NCBI GenBank assembly: GCA_951406725.2 | Contig: OX597822.1 | Location: 75,826,001-75,890,000 of the forward strand | Length of the DNA stretch: 64,000 bases | DNA from: Octopus vulgaris | Lineage: Eukaryota | Direction of reading: 5' to 3' | In this document: in pieces, positions 1 to 9,361 of the stretch | How positions within the stretch are numbered: the stretch's first letter is position 1 | How the letters are laid out: each line of letters opens with the position of its first letter | Notes under the pieces: model-generated | What the model was told of the DNA's origin: nothing | The model's database searches: none | The model's input: the letters and a program-made list of their open reading frames with translations, nothing else | Program-made: the position numbers and the translations under genes

Positions 1-317
1 ATAAAATGTTCTCTGCTAATGGTAATGTTTGCTTCCTGCAAATATCGATTGTCGAAAAGAAGTTATATTTTGTCAGCAATGGTTTGAAATAATTATCCAG
101 ATTAACATTGCCGAGATCCGACAACTCCTAGTTGCATTCTCTTCTTTTTTTTTTTACATTAGAATAAATTTACCAGGGGGATGTATTGTAAGAGTCTCAG
201 TTGTCCGCATACTGTCCCGCAACTAATTTACAACTCAATGCTTTCGCAAGAAAAGAAATATATGCATAGATATATACATCTATAGGTATGTGTCTCTATA
301 TCGTGATGCATAGCTCT

Positions 318-543
318 GCGAGCTGGCAGAATCGTTAGCATGTCGGGCGATGCGTTTAGCGGTATGTCGTCTGCCGTTACGTTCTGAGTTCAAATTCCGC
401 CGAGGTCGACCTTGCATTTCATCCTTTCGGAGTCGATTAAATATGTACCAGATGCGCACTGGGATCGATGTAATCGACTTAATCCGTTTGTCTGTCCTTG
501 TTTGTCCCCTCTCTGTTTAGCCCTTTGTGGGTAGTAAAGAAAT
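318..543 (+). mobile_element. SINE family B (tRNA-type boxes)
   Basis: GAGCTGGCAGAATCGTTAG..GAGTTCAAATTCCGCCGAGGTCGAC; many copies in the window. Confidence 0.85.
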
Positions 544-759
544 ATATCGTTATGTACATGTATTTTTTATATATTTGTATGCATATATACATACCTATAT
601 AACACGCATGTGCATTTAACATATGCACATGTATAGTTGCATTTATATGAGTGCACATACAGGTATGGTATTGTTTGTATGCCTCTATATCTAAAGGTAT
701 ATAAGTGTATTCATTTGAATATAAGTACTTATACATGCATAAACATATATGTGTATATG

Positions 760-821
<62 letters not shown>

Positions 822-950
822 TGTATGTATGTATGTATATAAATTTAAAATAAGGTGAAAAATTGAATATTAATTTCATTAATATCAATTTAAAACCAGT
901 GGTCTAGCGTATTGAAAAATCTGAAGATTCAGAAAAATTATACTACATAT

Positions 951-1091
951 ATATAAGAGGGATGACCATTAAGTGGACATCCATTATGCTAGAAGTCGAC
1001 ACCCTATGGTCTTACCACTAAGAAAGGTAAGACCATAGGGGGTCTACTTGTAGCATAATGGATGTCCACTTTGTGGTCATCCGTCTTATAT
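951..1091. repeat. Near-perfect ~66 bp-arm hairpin
   Basis: ATATAAGA.GGATGACCA..AAGTGGACATCCATTATGCTA..CCCTATGGTCTTACC, loop ACTAAGAAA, then the reverse complement. Confidence 0.9.
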
Positions 1092-1109
1092 GCATATATA
1101 TATATATAG

Positions 1110-1484
1110 TGGGGACGCAATGGCCCAGTGGTTAGGGAACGGATTCGCGGTCGTAGGATCGCGGTTTCACGTTGTGAGTATTTATTGAGCGAAGACACTT
1201 GAAGCTCCTCGAGGGTCATTGCAGGGGGGTGGGGGTGGGGTGGCGAACCCTGCCGTGCTCTTTCACCACAGCTTTCCCTCACTCTTTCTTCTTGTTTCTC
1301 TTGTACCTATATTTCAAAGGGCCAGACTTGTCACACTCTGTGTCACGATGAATCTCCCCGAGGACTACGTTAAGGGTACACGTATCTGTGGAGTACTCAG
1401 CCACTTGCACGTTAATTTCACTTGCAGGCTGTTCCGTTGATCGGATCAACTGGAACCCTCGTCGTCATAACCGACGGAGTGCCA

Positions 1485-1486
<2 letters not shown>
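1110..1486 (+). mobile_element. SINE family C (tRNA-derived head)
   Basis: TGGCCCAGTGGTTAGGG A box; related copies at 7424-7640 and 54586-54668. Confidence 0.8.
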
Positions 1487-1523
<37 letters not shown>

Positions 1524-1546
1524 CATATACATACATACATACATAT

Positions 1547-4249
1547 CAGACCTCCCCGAGACCTACCACCCCTCCTACTTCTATTCCATCCACCCCTTCT
1601 CCACTTCCGTCTGTTGTTACCATTCCTCCCGATCTTCCCCTCTCTGCGGCTGAACGCTCCGTCCTTGGTAGGGGTCTGCGTTTCATCCCCCTCACTCCAT
1701 CCTGTAAGGAATTCCAGACGCGAGTTGATGTCCACAGCTTTGTGCGCCGTGTCCGGTTGGGTGCGCATTACCACGACTCGCCACCCACACCCAACGAAGA
1801 GGACGACTGCTTCACTGGCCTGGGCCGCCGACCATCCCCGTGGACGCCTGCCCCTGGCCAGATCCTAGCAGTGGATCTTTTCGCGGGCGCTTGTCAGCGT
1901 GCATTGGAGCGGTTCAACTTCTCCAGGCGCCAACGCCGCCTCAACATCTCCCCGGCTGAGCTCTTGGCTCTTCGTTCCCTCCAACGGCGCGCTGACATTA
2001 TCATCAAACCGGCTGACAAGGGTGGAGCTGTAGTGGTGTGGCGCGCGGACCTCTATAGGGCCGAGGCTTTCCGCCAACTCAATGACACCTCCTTCTATTC
2101 CCCTCTGCCCTCTAACCCCACACGTAGCTACCAACAGACGGTATCCTCTACTGTCCAAGACCTCATCTCGTCCTCCCGTCTCCCCCGCACCGCATCCAAC
2201 CTAATTGTGCGAACCCCACGTACCCCCACCATTTACTTCCTCCCCAAAATCCACAAACCCAACAACCCTGGCCGCCCCATCGTCTCCGCCTGTAACTGCC
2301 CCACGGAGCTCATCTCTAAATACCTCGACCGTGTCCTTGCCCCCCTAGTGGCATCTCTTCCCTCCCACATCCACGATACCAACCATGCTCTCCGGCTTTT
2401 CAACTCTTTCTCCTTTCCTCCCGGCTCCTCCAAAATCCTTTTTACTATGGACATCCAAAGCCTCTATACTGTTATCCCTCACCACGAAGGACTGCAGGCC
2501 CTTCGACACTTTCTTGACCTCCGCTCTAACCCTGTACCTGACACCTCCACACTCATTCGTCTGGCCGAACTTGTCCTTACTCTGAACTGCTTCTCGTTCG
2601 CGGGCGAGTTCTACCATCAGGTCTCGGGAGTGGCTATGGGAACGCGAATGGGCCCCAACTATGCGAACCTGTTCGTTGGCTATGTTGAGGCCCAAATATT
2701 CTCTAATTTCACTGGTCCCACTCCTGAACTATATGGTCGTTATATTGACGACATTATCGGTGCCACCTCACTCTCCCGCGAACATCTAGATTCCTTCCTC
2801 TCTTTCGTCCAATCTTTCCATCCAGCCCTCCACTTCACTTCCACTATCTCCAACACCTCTGTCTCCTTCCTCGACATTTCGGTTAGCATTCTTCACTCCA
2901 CTCTTACCACCTCCATTCACTACAAACACACAGACTCACACTCATACCTCAACTTCTCTTCCTCCCACCCAGAACACACCAAGCTTTCCATCCCCTATTC
3001 CCAATTCCTCCGTCTACGTAGGCTCTGTAGTGACGACCATGACTTTGAGACTCAGTCTCAACGTATGGCTCACCACTTCACCCTACGTGGATACCCCCTC
3101 ACCACTATCCACACCGCCCTTGCCAGAGCACGGTCCGTGGACCGTGTATCTGCTCTCTCTCCCCGAACCCGCCCTGTAGTCTCCTGCCTCCCTTTTCCCC
3201 TCACTTACCACCCCACGACCCTACGTCTCCAACGCACCATTCTTCGAGCTTTCCGTCATCTCCAGTCCGACCCGTCCACTTCACACCTCTTCCCTAACCG
3301 ACCCCTCCCCTCTTTCAAACGAGCCCACAACCTTCGAGACCTTTTGGTCCATAGCTCCTTCCCTGACCCTACCTCCCAACCCGGCTCGTTCCCCTGCTCC
3401 CGCCCACGTTGCCGCACTTGCCCGTACCTCTCCAACACCACCCGCCTCACTAGCACCCACCATCGACCCTATCCCATCATCCACTCCTTCACCTGCACCT
3501 CCAGCAATATTATCTATTGCATCTCTTGCTCTCTCTGCAATTCCTTGTACATCGGACAAACGGGACGCCGCTTGGCTGACCGGTTCGCGGAACACCTTCG
3601 TGACATCCACCTTGCGAACGACACACCGGTCTCACGCCATTTCCGCTCCACCGGTCACTCCTTGCAACACCTATCTGTGTTCGGTTTGTCCTTACACAGA
3701 GGCCATCCGGATTCCCGTTTGCGCCGTGAACAGGAATTAATCTTCTCTCTTCGCTCTTATACGCCATTTGGTCTCAACTCTCCCCCCTTCTCATCTAACC
3801 CCCCTCTCCCCCTCCTCACCTATCCTTTCTCCCCCGACCCCTACTTCTTCAGTCCTTCATCCTTTCACCCCTACTCCCCTTCCCTTCTTCCCTCTTTCTC
3901 CCTCCCTCTTCCCCTTCCCTCTGCTCCCTCACTCCCTCTCTCTCCTTCTCTCTCCCCCTCTCCCTCTTTCCTCCTTCATCCCCCTCATCCCCTTCCTTCT
4001 CCCCATCCTCTCCTCTCCCCTTCTCCTCCCCCTCCTGTTCCCCTCCCCTTCTCTCCCCCTCTTCTCCCCCTCCCCCTCTTCTCCTCACTACACCACATGA
4101 CTTTACACATCACATCACATATGATGTGCCATACTACCCTACACACACCAACACACCAACCCTATACATACACACGTCCAGACCTCTCATACGCACTTAT
4201 ACTCTCTCTCTCACACACACACACACCTATACATACCAATACGTACTAA
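1547..4249 (+). CDS. Penelope-like element ORF (Neptune-type): reverse transcriptase + Cys-rich linker + GIY-YIG endonuclease; 5'-truncated, no internal stops
   Basis: PLE RT motifs IKPADKGGAVVVW, YFLPKIHK..PGRPIVS, MDIQSLYT, GVAMGTRMGPNYANLF, RYIDD (YIDD at 2741-2752), FLD, SQFLRLRRLCS; linker PCSRPRCRTC; endonuclease IIYCISCSLCNSLYIGQT..R..EH ending PFGLN (~3778). The ORF-track start at 1388 runs through a SINE and (TA)n and is spurious; residues after GLN are low-complexity read-through. Confidence 0.95.
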   Translation, partial: QTSPRPTTPPTSIPSTPSPLPSVVTIPPDLPLSAAERSVLGRGLRFIPLTPSCKEFQTRVDVHSFVRRVRLGAHYHDSPPTPNEEDDCFTGLGRRPSPWTPAPGQILAVDLFAGACQRALERFNFSRRQRRLNISPAELLALRSLQRRADIIIKPADKGGAVVVWRADLYRAEAFRQLNDTSFYSPLPSNPTRSYQQTVSSTVQDLISSSRLPRTASNLIVRTPRTPTIYFLPKIHKPNNPGRPIVSACNCPTELISKYLDRVLAPLVASLPSHIHDTNHALRLFNSFSFPPGSSKILFTMDIQSLYTVIPHHEGLQALRHFLDLRSNPVPDTSTLIRLAELVLTLNCFSFAGEFYHQVSGVAMGTRMGPNYANLFVGYVEAQIFSNFTGPTPELYGRYIDDIIGATSLSREHLDSFLSFVQSFHPALHFTSTISNTSVSFLDISVSILHSTLTTSIHYKHTDSHSYLNFSSSHPEHTKLSIPYSQFLRLRRLCSDDHDFETQSQRMAHHFTLRGYPLTTIHTALARARSVDRVSALSPRTRPVVSCLPFPLTYHPTTLRLQRTILRAFRHLQSDPSTSHLFPNRPLPSFKRAHNLRDLLVHSSFPDPTSQPGSFPCSRPRCRTCPYLSNTTRLTSTHHRPYPIIHSFTCTSSNIIYCISCSLCNSLYIGQTGRRLADRFAEHLRDIHLANDTPVSRHFRSTGHSLQHLSVFGLSLHRGHPDSRLRREQELIFSLRSYTPFGLNSPPFSSNPPLPLLTYPFSPDPYFFSPSSFHPYSPSLLPSFSLPLPLPSAPSLPLSPSLSPSPSFLLHPPHPLPSPHPLLSPSPPPPVPLPFSPPLLPLPLFSSLHHMTLHITSHMMCHTTLHTPTHQPYTYTRPDLSYALILSLSHTHTPIHTNTY

Positions 4250-4595
4250 TACATACTAATACATACTAATACATACACCAACCCCATACATACGCACGTC
4301 CAGACCAATCTTACGCACTAATACTCTCTCATACACACACACACACACACACACACACCCTTATACATACTAATACTTACACCAACCCTATACATACACA
4401 CATCCAGACCCCTCCCACGCACTTTTAGCTGGTCCCTCAACCCATTTATCAACCCTATTATCTCCCCTTATTTCGCTCTCGCGTCTCATGTTTGATCTTT
4501 GACCTCTGGCCGAAATCAGATCGCCATGTTGATTCGTTAGCTACTGCACGCATTTTTTTTCTCTCCTTCTTTCTGTGTTTTTCTCTCTCTGTGTA

Positions 4596-4633
4596 TCTTT
4601 CTGTTGAAGAGCGTAGGCTCGAAACGTTAAAGA
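4596..4633 (+). ncRNA. Minimal type I hammerhead ribozyme motif (variant core CUGUUGA) in the PLE pseudo-LTR
   Basis: TCTTT-CTGTTGA-A-GAGC(GTAG)GCTC-GAAACGT-T-AAAGA: stem I TCTTT/AAAGA, stem II GAGC/GCTC, palindromic ACGT stem III; predicted cleavage after 4628. Confidence 0.75.
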
Positions 4634-4768
4634 CTTGTTTTATTTATATTTCCTGAGCGCCATACTAATACAATTGTTCGTTTGTTTTCCACCTGCCTTC
4701 GTCTTTTGTTTATTTTCATAAAGCTTCCCGTTACATATATACATACATATACATACATACATATATAC

Positions 4769-4824
<56 letters not shown>

Positions 4825-4882
4825 GTACATATATATATATATAGGTACATACATATATGTACATATATATATATATACACAC

Positions 4883-4998
<116 letters not shown>

Positions 4999-5981
4999 AT
5001 GAGAGAGAGAGAAATGAAACAAATTATCAAAATAATTCTAGGTACATCTATGACAAAATTCCGTAAAAGACACGCAAATAACAGTGGACCAATATAGTAA
5101 CACTGGTGTGTATCTTATTACCGCTCGAATGAGTTCTCTCAATGCCTGTTTACCTTACCGAACAGATGTAATTTCGTAATTTCGTCTGAGTCGCATATTA
5201 ATTTTTTTCGAAATCACAAACTCTATCCTCTTTTCCAGGTATTATCGTATCAATTACTACTCTCATATTTGTTGTTTTTAGTTCGGCTGCAGAAACAATC
5301 GGTGTGTTTGGCTTGCAGAAAAAATTATGGTAGTTTACTCTAGATAGGTGTTTTGACGTGTGTTCATTTCATGTGATACATTCTTGAGGGTTTTTTTTTC
5401 ACTATTACATAATTATCCTGTAGTCTGAATCTGTTGCTCTAAATTTTCTCAATTCTTCTTGAAAATATATTAAGGAATTATAGCGCTATACCTCAGACTA
5501 GCGTGGTCAGGAGGTGCTCAATTTCTTTCACAAGTGTGTGTAACTGCCAGCCCACTTACTCACATTCACACACTCGCTGACATTCTTTTTTTTCTTCTGT
5601 TTTTTTTTTTTTGCTTCCTTTATGTCAACGTACTCATCACAAAGAACAAGACCAAACCAAAATCAGAAATATACGGAAGCGTTAGAGAGAGTGAGACATA
5701 GAGAAGAAGCATGCCAAAAATATAGAAAGAAATTGTTAATCTATATTTATATATGTGCATCCATACGAAGTGAATATGTGCGTGACAGTAAATTCCATAC
5801 TGATAATAATATGAGAATAATATAGTTTTAACAGTTTTCCATCAAAATATCGCAAATTTTCTACCTACTGTTCATTTTTTTTTATTGTAGCATTTATAAA
5901 TGAAATAGGAAATTATTAAATTACATTATATACCTACTCTTATCATAATGTGCGATAAAAAAAAAACTTGTTTAGTTTATG

Positions 5982-6038
<57 letters not shown>

Positions 6039-6150
6039 GTACGTTTATAAATACATATATAGGCATATATATATATATATTTGTATGTATATATGTATGC
6101 GAATATATATGTCTGTATATACATATATATCTACATATACATACATACAT

Positions 6151-6280
6151 ATATATACATATATTTACATACATACACGCATATACATATATATATATAT
6201 ATATATAAAAGCACATTTATAGATAAAAACATATATAGGTATATATATATGTGTATGTATGCAAATATATATGTCAGTAT

Positions 6281-6315
<35 letters not shown>

Positions 6316-6354
6316 CATGTGTGTGTGTGTGCATATATATATGTATATACATAT

Positions 6355-6397
<43 letters not shown>

Positions 6398-6567
6398 CAT
6401 ATATATATGCACACACACATGTATATATATATATATATATATATGTGTATATACTGACATATATATTTGCATACATACACATATATATATACCTATATAT
6501 GTTTTTATCTATAAATGTGCTTTTATATATATATATATATATATATGTATATGCGTGTATATGTAAA

Positions 6568-6580
<13 letters not shown>
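6151..6580. repeat. Recent inverted duplication of microsatellite-rich DNA
   Basis: AAAAGCACATTTATAGATAAAAACATATATAGGT..GCAAATATATATGTCAGTAT mirrored at 6441-6525. Confidence 0.85.
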
Positions 6581-6635
<55 letters not shown>

Positions 6636-6938
6636 TACACATACACATAAGTTTGGTTATTTCATGCTATGCTTTATCGGGATATTTATCTCCGACTTAT
6701 TTTCTTGCCGTTTTATTATGCTATATTTCATGATGTATAATTCGTGTCTGTTGCTACTTTATCTCTTTGTAAAACATATATATTCGTCCGTTTCAATGTT
6801 AATGAACACTGCTTGAGACACTGTATGTTATTCTCATGTAGCATACTAATAATGTGACACACACACTCACACGGGTGTGTATATCCCCATATAGTGTACG
6901 TGAGAAAATGAATGTGTTTATTATGAAATAACCAATCT

Positions 6939-6978
<40 letters not shown>

Positions 6979-6986
6979 AGATTGGT

Positions 6987-7029
<43 letters not shown>

Positions 7030-7120
7030 TATACACACAGATACATGTAAATGTGTTAGTGCATGTAATGTAATAGCTTGCTTAAGCACAGGATACTAAT
7101 AGTATGACAATACAGTTCTA

Positions 7121-7212
7121 TGGCGTAGTGGTTAAGAGCGTGTGTTACTAACCCCAAGATTCCGAGTTCGATTCCAGGCAGTGACCTGAATAATAATAAT
7201 AATAATAATAAA

Positions 7213-7248
<36 letters not shown>

Positions 7249-7377
7249 ATCAAAAGATATCTCAGGAATGAGAACCCAAGACACCTGATGAAGGCTGGAG
7301 GGTACATCAGCCGAAACGATGTGTTAACAACAAACAAGATGAAGACAAATATCCGTTGAATTTAAATAATGTAAAGA

Positions 7378-7385
<8 letters not shown>
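7121..7385 (+). mobile_element. tRNA-headed SINE-like element carrying a hammerhead ribozyme (copy 1; HHR 7280-7325)
   Basis: A box TGGCGTAGTGG (7121), B box GAGTTCGATTCC (7164), (AAT)n/(ATT)n spacer, then GACAC-CTGATGA-A-GGCTG..CAGCC-GAAACGA-T-GTGTT. Confidence 0.8.
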
Positions 7386-7423
<38 letters not shown>

Positions 7424-7640
7424 TAGAGGCGCTTGGATTGTTAGTTACGGCATTCGGCTCATGATCGTAAGGTTGTAGTTCGAAAACCGGCCTAGTCCTA
7501 TATTTCAAAGGGTCCAGCCTTGTCACAATGTGTCACAGTGAATTTTGTTACGAAGTACGTTATGGGTAAGAGTTTCTTTGGAGCACTCAGCCAAATACAC
7601 GTGGTAATTTCACAAGAAGACTGTTCCGTTAATCGGTGTA
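7424..7640 (+). mobile_element. Degenerate SINE family C
   Basis: TATTTCAAAGGG.CCAGCCTTGTCACA..ACTCAGCCA..CTGTTCCGTT shared with 1310-1440. Confidence 0.65.
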
Positions 7641-7663
7641 CAAGTGATATATATATATATATA

Positions 7664-7969
7664 GGCGCAGGAGTGGCTGTGTGGTAAGTAGCTTGCTAAC
7701 CAACCACATGTTTCCGGGTTCAGTCCCACTGCGTGGCATCATGGGCAAGTGTCTTCTGCTATAGCCCCGGGCCGACCAATGCCTTGTGAGTGGATTTGGT
7801 AGACAACCGTTGTTGGTGTGTTTACGTCCCCGTCAACTAGCGGTTCGGTAAAAGATACCGATAGAATAAGTACTGGGCTTACAAAAAATAAGTCCCGGGG
7901 TCGATTTGCTCGACTAAAGGCGGTGCTCCAGCATGGCCGCAGTCAAAATGACTGAAACAAGTAAAAGAG

Positions 7970-7970
<1 letters not shown>
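7664..7970 (+). mobile_element. SINE family A (internally deleted)
   Basis: GGCGCAGGAGTGGCTGTGTGGTAAG..GGGTTCAGTCCC..ACTGAAACAAGTAAAAGAG. Confidence 0.9.
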
Positions 7971-8002
<32 letters not shown>

Positions 8003-8050
8003 TTTTGAGTGTGTGTGTAATTAAAACCAAGCAAACTGGAGTGAGCTGGT

Positions 8051-8342
8051 CTTTTTATTTTATTAATCTACAGCTGTTTCACTGAACATCGATCTCATGA
8101 GCATTGCTCTATTATGCAATAATATACGAAACCATTAATACATAAGGTGTCATAGATAGAATACCAAAGATCGATTCATCATAATCATTACCAGAGAGTA
8201 TTTATCCATGACTCTGTAGATCGGTCTGTGATATTGTGTCTATGACATCTCTCTGCTAAAGGTTACTTATATTATTGAATAATATAACAATGCGAATACG
8301 ATTGATGTTTGATGAAACAATTGCAAATCAATGAAATAAAAG
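8051..8342. repeat. Diverged ~290 bp fold-back (imperfect inverted repeat)
   Basis: Left CTTTTTATTTTATTAATCTACAGCTGTTTC.. vs right-arm reverse complement CTTTTATTTCATTGATTTGCAATTGTTTC..; inner GGTGTCATAGATAGAATACCAAAGATCGAT vs GATGTCATAGACACAATATCACAGACCGAT. Confidence 0.8.
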
Positions 8343-9069
8343 TATTTGTTCGCTATGTTCTCCAAGGTTTTGGTTGCAGAATATCTGCGTATTGTTGCGG
8401 ATTTTAAGCACGCGTGTCAGATAAGAGGCTTTCTAAGTATTAATATTTTTCTGATAACCTGATCACGTGGATGATCATAATAGCGTCAACAGAAAAGTTA
8501 GCACCCAGATGCAATTATTTATACAAATATGTAGGTAGATATATATATATATATATATAAAGGAATACAAAAATGGGACAAGAACGCAAGGCATCTAGAT
8601 AGATGATACAAAATAGAGACAAGGAAAACAAGGACGGGTCATTCGGAGTTTTCCTTCCTCAGTCGAGTTCCAGATTATCGTTGCAATTTTGACTGGTTAT
8701 ATTCGAGATTGCTCCAATCTGGCCAGCCCCAAGGAAAAACTAATCTAAGAGCATTAGATTCCTTGGAAGAAAGCAGCGAATGTATACGAAAACAAGGACG
8801 AAAAAAACGGAGAAATGTTACACAAATACAAATGCAAATAACAGGATATTAACAACAGGTTCTTTCGTTATATATGAATAAGCACACCAGTATTCCACCC
8901 GGATTACTACTGGATACATATATGCATTTCACTGGAATCTTCCGTTGATGAAAAATCGCTCCAATACACCAAGACGTCTGAAACTTTTGAAGTTTTTGAA
9001 CTTTCTGTTTTTTCTTATTCTGTTTTTTTCTTACTCTGCTTTCTGTTTGACCGCTAACACCAAAAGTTT

Positions 9070-9222
9070 TTATTCTCTCTCTGTTTAATTCCTCGTGTTC
9101 CTTTCTGTTGAAGAGCGTAGGCTCGAAACGTAAAAAAGCTTACCTTCCCGAGCGCCAAATTAATACATCTGCTTGTTGTTTATACACCTGTCTGCGTCTT
9201 CTGTTTATCTGTAAATTTCAAC
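9070..9222 (+). mobile_element. Solo PLE pseudo-LTR (family A) with HHR motif at 9102-9135
   Basis: CTTTCTGTTGAAGAGCGTAGGCTCGAAACGT identical to 4597-4627; downstream homologous to 4640-4730; followed by (TA)n. Confidence 0.8.
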
Positions 9223-9361
9223 TATATATATATGTCTGTGTGTGTGTGTGTATGTATGAATGTATTATATGTATGTATTATATGTATACGTTTATACGTT
9301 TACACACACACATATTTTTCATATACATATACAAAGGTTTATATACCTACCTACATATAGA

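Larger units (their letters stand above)
1547..4733 (+). mobile_element. Penelope-like retroelement, 5'-truncated, with 3' pseudo-LTR, inserted in (TA)n/(TACA)n
   Basis: ORF above, then a pyrimidine tract, three ACCAACCCTATACATACACACGTCCAGACC-like repeats (~4156, 4277, 4381) and a terminal ~230 bp segment repeated elsewhere in the window; microsatellites on both sides. Confidence 0.9.

Noticed and set aside
1-230. Possible PLE RT remnant on the minus strand (LDNYFKPLL)
   Set aside because: Too short and degenerate to support.
921-936. CTGAAGA-TTCA-GAAA as a hammerhead
   Set aside because: No stem II, III or I; simply a TCTGAA/TTCAGA hairpin.
1388-1546. N-terminal 53 codons of the 953-aa ORF
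   Set aside because: Derived from a SINE-C tail and (TA)n; in frame by chance, GTG start.
7121-7186. Functional tRNA gene
   Set aside because: Acceptor and T stems do not pair properly and the head is attached to a repeated body; SINE head only. The same applies to the other tRNA-like heads.
8630-8735. Minus-strand CTGAGGA-A-GGA(AAAC)TCC-GAAT as a hammerhead
   Set aside because: GAAA is broken and no convincing stem I/III; may be a decayed PLE end but unsupported.
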